Assembly: GCA_964016885.1 (NCBI GenBank)
Contig: OZ024743.1
Location: 88,226,001-88,290,000, forward strand
Source of the DNA: Eledone cirrhosa
Lineage: Eukaryota
Reading direction: 5' to 3'
DNA length: 64,000 nt
Shown: positions 24,235-36,839 of the stretch, in pieces
Position numbering within the stretch: the first letter of the stretch is position 1
Layout: every line of letters begins with the position of its first letter
Translations under genes and position numbers: made by a program
The notes under the pieces: model-generated
Told to the model about the DNA's origin: nothing
What the model saw: the letters and a program-made list of their open reading frames with translations, nothing else
Databases searched by the model: none

Positions 24235-25449
24235 ACATTACAACTCAGCTACTGTATTTTACTTTTAACAATGTTTCTTGTTTGTAAATATTTCACTGTT
24301 AAGACAATTAAAATTAGTTGATATTGGAAAATGTTGAAAGATTCATTTAATTGTTAATTTTTTAAATCAAAAGTTGTCTCCCTTATGTTACTTGAAAATA
24401 ATTCCCATTATCAAACGTTTTGACGCGAATTTCTTATAACGGGTTAAATTTCAATTAGAACTTTTGTTTGTCTAACAGTACCATGAGTGTGAATCTGTGT
24501 TTGTATCTATGTGTGCACGTATATGTTGTTTTCCTTTGTTTTTTCAAATGTGACCATCTTGGAGGTCTGATTGGGTGGTAAGCACATACACAAAAGAAAC
24601 AAAAAAAAACAGGAGAAAAGAATTTCACTCTGAGATCAAGGAGGTGTTTTTCAATAACTTTACCATAGTTTCGTGTGGGGAAGTGTGTTTAGTGTGGTGT
24701 GGTGTGGTGTGGTGTGGTGTGGTGTGATTTGTTATAATGTATTTCTCTCTAATGTAAGGACTTTTATTTCCACTTTGATTTAAGTTGGAAAAAAATTTGT
24801 TTATGTGCTATCAACTAATCCGACCTCCAAAATGCTCGTAATCGACTATTTTTTTAGCATTCCACTGCAATCAAAAACGTCTAGCTTTGTGAATGGTCTT
24901 TCCGCCCACTTTCCGCCCTCTTTTTTCTACAAAGCTAGTCATTTACGACGAGTTTCAAAGTCATATTCATTGATAATATCTGAAAAAGATAGTCAATTGC
25001 GAGCATCTTGTGTGATAGGACCAAAAACACTTTTCAAACAGAAATCCTGGTGTTCTATAAATTTACCGGGGTGTGGTATAATCTGGTTTGGTGAAGTGTA
25101 AGTTAGTGTGGTGTGCTGAGTATAGCGTGATTCTCTCTAACTTAAAATCTTTAAAATGTAATGCCTATCCTCTATAACTTAAAAAGTGACCTCAAAGATG
25201 CTTGTAGTCGACTTTTTTCCCGAATTAGTGTTAGATATATAAATAACAAGGCTAGTATATAGATACTTAGCTTTGTGGGTGGTCTTTCCGCCCACTTTCC
25301 ACCCTCTTGTTTCTACAAAGCTAGTCATTTTTGACAGGTTTCCATGTCATAATCATTGATAATATGTGCAAAAAATAGTCAATTGCGAGCACCTTTAATG
25401 TCAGATTGGGTGGTAAGCACACAAGAAAGAAACAAAAAAAAAGCTTACA

Positions 25450-27130
25450 TAGACGCGTATGCGTCTATGTAAGCTTTTGTGTTAGTGTCTATGTCTGCAT
25501 TTGTGATAGCGATTGCGTCAGCGTTTGCCTTAGTCTGTGTCGGCATTTGCGTTTGCGTCAGTGTCTGCGTCTACGTCTTCGTCAGCGTTTGCATTAGCCT
25601 CTGCGTTAGTGTCTGCGTCAGCGTTTGCATTAGCATTTGCATTAGCGTCCGCATTTGCACTAGTGTTTGGTCAGCATTCACGTCAGCTCTGCAGCTGCGT
25701 TTGTGTAGGCGTTAGCGTTAGCTTTTGCGTCGGATTTGCATCAGCTTTAGCTTTTGCATTAGCGTTCGCATCAGCATTTGAGTTGGCATTAGTGTTTGTG
25801 ACAACCTTTCTCTTTAGCGTCTGTGTCAGCGTTTGCATTTGCATCAGCATTTACGTCTGCCTCAGCATTTGCATCAGCGTTAGCGTTAGCTTTTGCGTAA
25901 GCATCAGCATTTGCGTCAGCGTCTGGGTTTGCGTTAGCGTCGGCGTCAGCATTTCCGATAGCATCTACGTCAGCGTTTCGTTAGCATTATCGTTTCCGTC
26001 AACCTTTCCTTTTGCGTCTGCGTCATGGTTGCCTCTGCATAAGCGTTGCGTTTGCGTCAGCTTAGCGTTAGCTTTTGCGCTAGCGTCCGCGTCAGCGTTT
26101 GCGCTAGCATTAGCGTTTGCATCAACGTCGACGTTAGTTTTTGCGTTAGCGTCCGCGTCTGCATTTGCGTTAGAGTTCAGCTTCGGCGTCAGGGCAAATG
26201 TTGGCGTCGCTGTCAGCGTTTGCGTCTTCATTAGCGTTTGCATCACCTTTTCCTTTAGTATCTGCGTTTGCGTCTGCCTTAAGGTTTTCGTTATAGTCTA
26301 CGTTTGCATTTGCATTTGCGTTAGCGTCCGTGTCAGCATTAGCGTTTGTGTTAACGTCTGCATTAGGGTTCGCGTTGGCATCTGTGTCAGCGTTTGCGTT
26401 ACCGTCTGCGTCAATGTTAGCGTTTGCATCAGCGTTAGCGTTTGTGTTAGCATCCTCATCAGCATTTGCGTCAGCGTCTGCGTCGGCGTCTTCATCAGTA
26501 TTCGCCTTTGGGCCTGCGTCAATATTCGCGTTAACATTTGTGTCAGCGTTTGCGTTAGCGATTGTGTCATTGGTATAAGCGTTTGTGAGTGTTTGTGTTT
26601 GTGTTAGTGTTCAGGTTATTATGTGTGTTTGCGTTAGTTGTTTCCATTAGTGTTTGATTTTATGTTAATATTAGTGTTAGTGTGTGTGTTAGTGTTAGTG
26701 TTTCCGTTAGTGTTAGTCTTTGTTTTTGTGTTTATATTAGTGTTCAGGTTAATGTTAGCTTAGTTTTCTGGTTAGTGTTTCTGCTGCTAGTTCTAGTGTT
26801 AGTGTTCGTTTTTGTGTTAATATGTGTGTTAGTGTTTCTGTTAGCGTTAGTGTTTATGTTAGTGTTTGTTTTAGTGTTAATGTTCAGGTTAATGTTAGTG
26901 TTAATGTTAGTTTTAGTGTTAATATTTGTGTTCGTGTTAGTATTTCTGTTAGCGTTGTTCAGGTTAGTGTGCAGGTTAGTGTTTGTGTTAGTTTCAGAGT
27001 TAATTTTCAGATTAGTGTTTGTGTTAGTTTTCATGTTAGTGTTAAGGTTGGTGTTAGTGTTAAGTTAACTGTTAGGGTATGTGTTAGTGTAAGTGTTAGG
27101 GCAAGTGTTATTTTTAGGGTTTGATTTTAG
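25450..27130. repeat. Degenerate hexamer array grading from (GCGTYW)n to (GTGTTA)n
   Basis: 6-bp periodicity that produces spurious ASAF/VCVS ORFs. Confidence 0.85.
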
Positions 27131-27366
27131 TTTTTCTGCTTTCCAGGAAAAAAGTTGATTATCTCTAACTTAAGTTATGTGTTATAGTGTGGTATAGTAT
27201 AGTGTTTCATTGTGTGCTGTTGTATAGCGTTCCATAGTGTAATGTGGCATTGTATAATGTGGCGTGGTATAGTGTTTGGCAGTGTGGTGTGGTGTGGTGT
27301 GGTATTGTGTGGTGTGGCTTATTTTGATTATAATAATACAAATAATAATAACAATAATAATAGTAA

Positions 27367-27752
27367 TAATTGTTTCTACTTTTGGCACAAGGCCAGCAAA
27401 TACCCAGTACATTACTGGTGCTTTATTTTATCGACCCCATAAGGATGAAAGGAAAAGTTAACCTCGGCGGGATTTGAACTCAGACTGTAAAGGGACTTAT
27501 CTATGCTGGAAAGCATGGCGTCCGACTCTCTACCGATACTGCCAATCCACCGTAATAATTGTTTCTACTTTAGGCACAAGGCCAGCAATTATCCAGTACA
27601 TTACTGGTACTTTATGTTATCGACCCCGTAAGGATGAAAGGCAAAGTCAACCTCGGCGGGATTTGAACTCAGATTGTAAAGGGACGTAACTAAGCTAGAA
27701 AGCATGGCGTCCAACCCTCTACCGATACTGCCAAACCACCGCCCTCCAATCC
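27367..27752 (-). mobile_element. Two tandem full-length Nin/Deu SINEs
   Basis: Copies at 27367-27551 and 27557-27752. Confidence 0.85.
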
Positions 27753-27865
27753 ACCGTAATAAAAATTGTCCTTCTTGTTCAACTTCTTTGTTTTCTGTAC
27801 CTTTGTCTTCTTCTCTTCTTCCATCTAAATACCAAAAACAAAGAATGCAATATATATATGTTGCC

Positions 27866-28341
27866 GGCATACATGACTTTTAGCGGTCGAAATAATGAAA
27901 GTAAATTTATTTTCATTTTTGAACGTCGTGTTTACATTTTGTGTGTGTGTTTACATTTTGTGTGTGTGTTTAAACGAAACATGCTGACGACGAAGCTACT
28001 TCTTTGCACGGCTCCATGTGTTCTTTATGAGCTGTGTGTGCACATCAAGGTCCGCAGGATCTACAAAGTTCCGTTCGTGCACCACAACATCATGAACGTA
28101 AATCCCACCTTCAATTTCCGAATAGGAAGCCCAACCATCGGAGATGATGCGGCTGCCTGGCAAAATCCCTGCTGAATGATGGGGACGAGAGTGTCACAGC
28201 TTCGATTTGGGACTTCTACAAGGCAGCAGCGTCCAGAATGTCGGACTCACCATTCTGCAAGCCTCATTACAAGATTACTTCGGTGTTGAGTACTCTTCTC
28301 TCAACCGTCAACTACACACACACACACACACGCACACACAT

Positions 28342-28412
<71 letters not shown>

Positions 28413-28555
28413 CAGTTAAAACGACAGAGGCTCTGATTTTGTCTTTAATCTCAGTAACTAATTTAGATCTAAATACACACAAAATGTAAACACGACGTTC
28501 GAAAATGAAAATAAATTTACTTTCATTTTTCAGACCATTAAAAGTCATGTATGCC
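27866..28555 (-). mobile_element. Merlin (IS1016/IS1595-like) DNA transposon, internally deleted
   Basis: ~80-bp TIRs starting GGCATACATGAC and a perfect 9-bp TSD TATGTTGCC. Minus-strand remnant: VPNRSCDTLVPIIQQ/ILPGSRIISDGWASY...H...NFVDP...HTQLIKNTWS. Confidence 0.9.
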
Positions 28556-28659
28556 TATGTTGCCTATCTCTCATGCTTTACGAAGTGGTGAGGAGTTAAA
28601 GTTAATTTAAAGAGAAATGTGCTCATGCTCTATGATCCTATAAAGTAGCTTTTAAGTTA

Positions 28660-29600
28660 TTTCGTAACCTTAAAGATTAAGGTGGTAGAAAAGCCAGGAA
28701 CCACCATAAAATCCCTGATCAGCAAAACCTACCCTTTAAAGAAAACCCACTGTACTAATAGGAAATGTATCATATGTAAGGTAAACCCCCGGATAAACTG
28801 TAAAACTAGAAACGTAGTCTATAGCATAAGATGTACAGGGGGTACTTACAGAAACATGACAGCAACATACATAGGCGAGACAGCTCGTAGCATAGGTGAA
28901 AGGATAGACCAACACTGGGGGGAACTAAAAGGACGAAAAAACGGTTCAGTACTATACGAACATGCCAGACAACATAGACAACATAGAAATTAGAATAATA
29001 TCTAAACATAGAAATGACCCAGCAGATAGGCAAATCAGAGAGGCCAGTGAAATAGAACTTAGAAGGCCAAGGCTAAACAGAAAGAATGAATGGAATAACA
29101 ACAACACCCAAACAAACAACACTGACCTAAGAGAAGTATAAATAAATAAATAAATACATACACAAGCACAATAACAACAAACACATATAAACACACACTA
29201 GTAAAGATAGAATACATTAACCAATACACAGTCACCCAATCACGAACACACATCAAACAAAACACTATACACACACGCAAACGCATGCGCAAAGAAGACA
29301 AAATAAAATAAATAAATATATAAACAGACTAAATAAAGATGGCGTAGAAAATATAATGCAACGGGAGGAAACAATAGCACCACTGACGATGTTGCAGATG
29401 TGCAACGAAAGAACTTTGATAAACTATATATCTGTGTTTGTGTCTATATTGTATCTGTATTATTTTTTACCGTTGGTCAGTCAATGGCAACATTGAGGAC
29501 CGAATAAATTAGATTACCGATATAAAAGACACAGAAGCGAAAAGCGAAAACCACCCAAACAGTGAGTGTGTTCTGTTATTAATTCTGGCAATATTACACA
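28660..29600 (+). mobile_element. Penelope-like element 3' part: Cys-rich linker, GIY-YIG endonuclease, 3' UTR/pLTR
   Basis: CTNRKCIIC...CKTRNVVYSIRC...YIGETARSIGERIDQH, then RQIREA...LNRKNEW; a hammerhead-like motif follows downstream. Confidence 0.88.
29379..29420 (+). ncRNA. Minimal hammerhead, family B
   Basis: CUGACGA-U-GUUGCA(gaug)UGCAAC-GAAAGAACUU; stem I is weak. Confidence 0.6.
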
Positions 29601-29613
29601 AATATAACCCTCC

Positions 29614-29661
<48 letters not shown>

Positions 29662-29814
29662 ATGTATATATATATATATAAGATTCTTTATCTGAAAACG
29701 TGTGTTGAAACCGATATTGTTATACTTTGGGAGGGTCATGTTGCCAATAAGAAACACACGCACCAGTTGCTTTCACTTCAATTTATTATAGTAAATTTAT
29801 AAATTTATTATATA

Positions 29815-29882
<68 letters not shown>

Positions 29883-29891
<9 letters not shown>

Positions 29892-30361
29892 ATACTTTGG
29901 GAGGGTCATGTTGCCAATAAGAAACACACGCACCAGTTGCTTTCACTTCAATTTATTATAATAAATTTAGGAATTTATAAATTTCCGGTTGGTTGGTTGG
30001 TTCCACAGCTAGATGGTTGTTTATATATTGTCAAAGTTCTTTCGTCACACATTCTGTGACCTCTTCAGTGACTGGGGATTCTTTTCTTTGCTTTTTGTGC
30101 CTCTCCTTTGATGGCGTAGGACAGAACAAAGGAGAGGCAAAAAAAACAAAGAAAAGAATCCCCAGTAACTGAAGAGGTCACAGAATGTGTGACGAAAGAA
30201 CTTTGACAATATATAAACAACCATCTGGTTGTGGAACCAACCAACCAACCGGAAATTTATAAATTCCTAAATTTATAAATTTATTATAATAAATTGAAGT
30301 GAAAGCAACTGGTGCGTGTGTTTCTTATTGGCAACATGACCCTCCCAAAGTATAACAATAT
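29883..30361. mobile_element. Inverted pLTR pair (~210-bp arms) with family B hammerheads at 30030-30072 (-) and 30165-30207 (+)
   Basis: Arms are near-identical reverse complements. The minus copy reads GUCA-CUGAAGA-G-GUCACA(gaaug)UGUGAC-GAAAGAACUU-UGAC. An extra partial copy lies at 29680-29810. Confidence 0.8.
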
Positions 30362-31408
30362 CGGTTTCAACACACGTTTTCAGATAAAGAATCTTGCTAA
30401 ACAAATTCAGAAACGAAATATATATATAGTAATCCTGTCTGGTAGAGTAAACTTCCATTGCTAGGGGGAACTCATCTCATGAGTATTCTATATACTATAC
30501 ATGCACCTTTGATGAGTTGTAGTGCACTTGAACACTATACACAATCATTTTCATTATTATTGGGCAATTGCTGGCCTTGTGCCAAAAGTAGAAACAATTA
30601 TTATGAAGGGTGTAGAAGAAAAATAATACGAAAGCAGGCTTCTATTTATGTAACCGGAGGAGGATGAAAACATTAATGTAGACACATCTACTTATGACAC
30701 CGGAAGAACAATATTACGTTCTATATGATAAAAGTTATCTCCGAAATACTTTTAGCCGCATGTAAACAACACACACACATTTGGGTGTGTTTAATTTTTA
30801 TATTTGTAGTAAAACTTCATTATGACATTCTCTTTATGCATTCCCACCGCTACATGAACTATTTATTGTCTATTTAATTTCCATTTCCATTTACAACGTG
30901 CACAGACTAATTATATATATACATATATATATATAATTATATGAAATCTTGGTGATCCTGCAAGTGATGGTGGTTTTAATGTGTTATTACTTCTCTGTTT
31001 AATCAAAATGAACTAACACAGATTATTTAACAACTCGAATGGTGAGTATTTACATTTTCTGGTAGTTTTCTTTCTGTGTATTAATTAATATAACTAGGAC
31101 TTCGATTTGGTGTAGACTACCATTGCCTGGTTTATCTGAGTGTCATTGGAGCGACCTCTTCTATCTACTTATTTGTCTAGTGTCGAACAGTGCAACACTT
31201 ACACACATATGTAAATATATATATGTAGTATATACACACATATATATACATACACACAGAGATTAATATTAAGTTGTTGATTTATATGTGGATAAATAAT
31301 AAACATTATTCTCAGCAGCATCGACGAAACTCGGATGCCAGTCATCCAAGATTATATATATATATGTACATACATACATATATATATATATATATGTACA
31401 TATGTGTA

Positions 31409-31455
<47 letters not shown>

Positions 31456-31456
31456 A

Positions 31457-31516
<60 letters not shown>

Positions 31517-31671
31517 ACCGAGATCTTCAGATGTTGTCCTCACCTGAAATCACATCTGATCTGAAACTAAAATTTTTCCTGGATGGACCTTTCCGACGGA
31601 ATTACTTCATTCATACATATGTATATATATATATATTAATATATATATATGTATTAATATATATATATATA

Positions 31672-31727
<56 letters not shown>

Positions 31728-32049
31728 CAGTAATACACTAATATAGCGTGATTCATTATAAGGGTGTATATCATATACGATATGTTTATGTATAATAAAT
31801 ATAGATGACTAGCTATGAATATTTTAAACTGTGATAACAGCTATCTCAGTATATATATATATATATATAATCAACTAAAATGCAGGGTGCTGTGACTTCG
31901 AGGTTTCGCCGGCAGCGGTACGTCAAGACAATCATAACCACTCTGTAATTCAATTGAATGTATTTTCCACATTCTACCCCTGTATTCAGTCCTACTCAGT
32001 TGTTGCTACCCGATGTTGTTTTTGTTGTGTGTTTTTTTTTTGTTTTTTT

Positions 32050-32412
32050 TTTAAAACACAGCTATGTGTGTGTGAGTCCCGTGTTCAATCGGGAGTAACT
32101 ACATAAGTAGAGTGTAAACACCAAGTTTAATATAGAAATGGCTTCTACAGAACTTGAACTGTTTCATTCGAAAGGAATCTTCAGGAAAGCTTTCCTGATG
32201 ATTTCTTTAAAAACACAGCTATGTGTGTGTGAGTCCCGTGTTCAATCGGGAGTAACTACATAAGTAGAGTGTAAACACCAAGTTTAATATAGAAATGGCT
32301 TCTACAGAACTTGAACTGTTTCATTCCAAAGGAATCTTCAGGAAAGCTTTCCTGATGATTTCTTTTGAATGAAACAGTTCAAGTCCTGTAAAAGTTATTT
32401 CTATATTAAACT
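32050..32412. repeat. 157-bp tandem duplication ending in a palindrome with back-to-back hammerhead-like cores (family C)
   Basis: Centre CTTCAGGAAAGCTTTCCTGATGA; CUGA(A/U)GA...GAAACAGUUC on both strands. Confidence 0.6.
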
Positions 32413-32587
32413 GTATATATATATATATAATCATTACGTGTATGTGTGTGTGTATTAAAAAAACCGGGTCTCCATAGCTTGGTACACAATTTTTATGTAA
32501 CTCATACTTGAATTTAACAATCTGATTTCCTATAATTTAAGAAAGTGAAAATATCTCTTTGCATTCACTAGATGCATTTCGTATGCT

Positions 32588-32647
<60 letters not shown>

Positions 32648-33159
32648 TAATATTTTGAATAATATATATATATATATTATACACACACAAATCGACAAGA
32701 TAATGTGCAATATCCGCAATGAATCCGGTGAATTTTCCAAGATATTTTTGTTTTCTTAATTCCTTGCTTTAATATGAAAGATTCATTGATTTAAACACCG
32801 TTCACTATTCAACTGGTCAGTTAAATAGTCTCGTTGGTTCTAAACAAGTCAGTAAATCTTACAACTAGAAACAACTTCTAGGTGATGGCAAAATTCTTTG
32901 TCCTTTACCTTCCATTTTCTAAATAACAGATTTCAATTTTCAAAACATTAATATAAAAAGCGTTTCTCAATATTTGTTTATAATTGAATGGGACCAGTGG
33001 CGTAGCTAAGGGGGGGGGGGGGGGGGGGGGTCCGCCTCTGGCGACACTTTTATCAGGGCGTTCTTTTAATACTGCAGCATAATATTGTACACAGACTAGT
33101 TAATATATATAAATATATATATATATATAAGATCAAAAGATGGTTAAAAGAGTTCCATG

Positions 33160-33230
33160 TATTTTATTATGCGCATTTCAAAAACAAATATCATCACGGG
33201 ATGATATTTGCGTTCTCATCAGATAAAATA
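33160..33230 (-). ncRNA. Type I hammerhead, family D
   Basis: Stem I UAUUUUAU/AUAAAAUA, CUGAUGA, long stem II, GAA, palindromic stem III AUGCGCAU, triplet AUA. Confidence 0.85.
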
Positions 33231-33283
33231 GGGAGACATGATATGAAGGTTAAAAAACACTTGCGAGCAGTGAAGTGTTAAAT

Positions 33284-33322
<39 letters not shown>

Positions 33323-33419
33323 AATGAAGTAATTCCGTCGGAAAGGTCCAGGAAAAAAAGAGTGCTCTATGTAGGTTACAGAGCTTAATAGTTATGTAAT
33401 AAACAACATAAGGCAATTA

Positions 33420-33480
33420 TTTCATTTACCAGTGGTTTCTTGAAAGCAAACAAATTTTGCTTTCAATCATCAGAATGAAA
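33420..33480 (-). ncRNA. Type I hammerhead, family E
   Basis: UUUCAUU-CUGAUGA-UUGAAAGCAAA(auuug)UUUGCUUUCAA-GAA-ACCA(c)UGGU-A-AAUGAAA. Confidence 0.88.
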
Positions 33481-34024
33481 AAATCCTGGTGTATTTATTG
33501 ACATTGGATTTTAAAAACAAAAATATAATCTATATGAAAGTGAGGCTGGAAAAGGAAGAAGGAAAGGAAAAATAAACACATGCACACACACACACACACA
33601 ATTACATACACATACATACATATATACATACACATATATATACATACATATACACACATATATATATATACATACACATACACGTACAAATACGCATACA
33701 TATACATATACATACATACACACATATATATCAACATATCCATACATACATATACACACAAATACACACACACACATATATATATATATATACATCTATA
33801 TATATATATACATACACAATCATACATATATACACACGTACATACACACATATACACGCATACACAAATATAGATATATGTACACACACCTACATACGCA
33901 CACACAATTAATTATAAGAAAAATATAATAAAATACCGTCACATAAGAATAAAAAATAAATGTAAAAATTATTATAAGGTTGACAGCGATATAGGCAACA
34001 AATAAATGAACAAATACACGTGAC

Positions 34025-34363
34025 TCAGAACAGGTTTAAAACCAGGTTTTATGCACATGTCGCTTCTTTTAAACACTCCAATAAAAGAACAGCACGGCTC
34101 TCGCAAATAAGGTGTGGGAATTCAAAGATAAAAACATCCCGTACTCTATCGATTGGTCAATTTTAGACCATTCGAGAGAGTACCAAAGGGGCACAAAGAA
34201 TTGTTCTTTGTGTACCACTGAAAAATTTAGGATTTTACAAAACTTGAAAGCCACCTCAACTTGCCTGAACTCCAAGACTGAGATCTTCAGATGTTGTCCT
34301 CACCTGAAATCACATCTGATCTGTAACTGGATTGACATTCCTACGATGACTCAACCACCTTGA
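34025..34363 (+). mobile_element. 5'-truncated Penelope-like GIY-YIG C-terminus (probably Naiad type)
   Basis: [55 protein letters not shown] second small piece lies at 31514-31565. Confidence 0.75.
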
Positions 34364-34607
34364 ACTTCTTCTCTGCTCTCTACGCCTTAGATCCACTACG
34401 ATTTTTTTACCTTCTGAACTCATTTTCTGTACTCTTAAATTCTTTTTCTCCCTTATCTCCCCTTATATTTAAACCTTTTCCTATGTATTTATTTTCCTTA
34501 TTCCCCCCTACTTTCTACCTTACCCTTTACATACCCACCTTTTTTATTTTTAGATATTTATTTCTGTATGTGTGTGTTGCGTATATGTGTATGTATATAT
34601 ATATATA

Positions 34608-34646
<39 letters not shown>

Positions 34647-34647
34647 G

Positions 34648-34704
<57 letters not shown>

Positions 34705-34706
<2 letters not shown>

Positions 34707-35755
34707 TATATTATATTTTGAGATTAAACTCTCAGTCGTTTACAATTAATCAGCTCCAAGAAAGGGGCATTTCCGAACAGTTAACTACATTAATATATAT
34801 GATAAACACAAAACGTGTTTGCATTGTAACAGACAAAGTTAGCTATCAATGAAATAAACTAATTAAAGTGAATACAATTTGTCTGTCTCGATATAAGTCA
34901 ATAAAGACAAGCTTATATTGGCAAAGGCCGTGATTCCTGGACAAATCTAAATTTCAAAATCCAAACCCGCTCCGTAGATGAATTTGAACTTCGAAACCTA
35001 AATATGTTTCGCAACGATGGTACATGAATTGAAAAATAAAGAGAATCGAAATGGAATAGAAATAAAAAGTGAAATATCCAAATCTTCTGTGCTTATCAAC
35101 AGGAATCCAGTAAAATTAGTACATCTCACATCAAAAATTTTGCAGGTCTGACGACACGTGTGTAGTCAGGCCAAACTAGCCGTCCCGCATTCCCGGTGCT
35201 AGAAATAACAGCCGTTTATGCGGGATTAAAGATCAGCTCTACAGTTAAGGAGCAATATACTATATTATATTTTGAGATTAAACTCTCAGTCGTTTACAAT
35301 TAATCAGCTCCAAGAAAGGGGCATGTCCGAGCAGTTAAATACATTAATATATATGATAAACACAAAACGTGTTTGCATTACACACGTGTAGTCAGACCTG
35401 CAAAATTTTTGGTGGTGAAATGTACTAATTTTACTGGATTCCTGTTGAGAAGCACAGAAGATTTGGATATTTCACTTTTTATTTCTATTCCATTTCGATT
35501 CTCTTTATTTTTCAATTCATGTACCATCGTTGCGAAACATATTTAGGTTTCGAAGTTCAAATTCATCTACGGAGCGGGTTTGGATTTTGAAATTTAGATT
35601 TGTCCAGGAATCACGGCCTTTGCCAATATAAGCTTGTCTTTATTGACTTATATCGAGACAGACAAATTTTATTCACTTTAATTAGTTTATTTCATTGATA
35701 GCTAACTTTGTCTGTTACAATGCAAACACGTTTTGTGTTTATCATATATATTAAT
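34705..35755. mobile_element. pLTR-like unit: 553-bp monomer, 120-bp partial repeat and ~375-bp inverted copy
   Basis: 34705-34826 repeats at 35258-35378; 34789-35164 is inverted at 35379-35755; (AT)n flanks both sides. Confidence 0.75.
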
Positions 35756-36031
35756 ATATATATATATAGGTATATATATATATATATATATAGGTATATA
35801 TATATATATATAGGTATATATATATATATATATATATAGGTATATATATATATATATATATATATAGGTATATATATATATATAGGTATATATATATATA
35901 TATATATATAGGTATATATATATATATAGGTATATATTTATATATAGGTATATATATATATATATAGGTATATATATATATAGGTATATATATATAGGTA
36001 TATATATATAGGTATATATATATATATATAT

Positions 36032-36066
<35 letters not shown>

Positions 36067-36327
36067 TATATATATATATAGGTATATATATATATATATA
36101 GATAGGTATATATATATATAAGTATATATATATATATAGATAGGTATATATATATATAAGTATATATATATATATAGATAGGTATATATATAGGTATATA
36201 TATATATATATAGGTATATATATATATAGGTATATATATATATATATAGGTATATATATATATATACCTATATATATATATATACCTATATATTTACAAT
36301 TCTCTAGAGAAGCCGGAAGATGGGTAT

Positions 36328-36370
36328 ATATTGCTGATGAGATGTAATAACATCGAAACTAGTCCAATAT
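36328..36370 (+). ncRNA. Type I hammerhead, family F (cleavage after C36364)
   Basis: AUAUUG-CUGAUGA-GAUGU(aaua)ACAUC-GAA-ACUAGU-C-CAAUAU with the canonical GUC triplet. Confidence 0.92.
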
Positions 36371-36798
36371 TCCTGTCTGGCTCTCTGGAGAATAGAGGAA
36401 ATGTGTTTCCTTGAAAACTCGTATGACTCTAAAACCCGGTCCGTCTGTGTGGTTACATACAGACTAGCTGGACACTCACTGTAAAGTGTCTAGTGAAAAA
36501 CTCAGTACATGTACATATGTATACATGTGTGTATTTATATGCATACTAGTACTTCCGTATACATATGTAGATGTACACTTTAACTTAATTATTTAAGTGT
36601 CAGTCATACAAAAGTGAGTTAGAAGCGAAACGAAATTTAATTTCGTTTCGTTATTTGTTTTTATCGTTTCCGCTGAACCGGTGCGTACAATGACTCACGT
36701 TCTATGCAAATTAGTCTACCCACTACTAATTTTCATAGAAAAAGCATATAACGATATGTGCTTTTACAATTCTCTAGAGAAGCCGGAAGATGGGTATC

Positions 36799-36839
36799 TA
36801 TTGCTGATGAGATGTAATAACATCGAAACTAGTCCAATA
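36799..36839 (+). ncRNA. Type I hammerhead, family F (cleavage after C36834)
   Basis: Identical core 470 nt downstream of the first copy. Confidence 0.92.

Noticed and set aside
25406-27124. Ala/Ser/Val/Cys-rich membrane-like ORFs
   Set aside because: A degenerate hexamer array open in several frames on both strands.
27983-28000. CTGACGA...GAAG hammerhead-like start
   Set aside because: It is the antisense of the Merlin transposase (LRRQH), with no stems.
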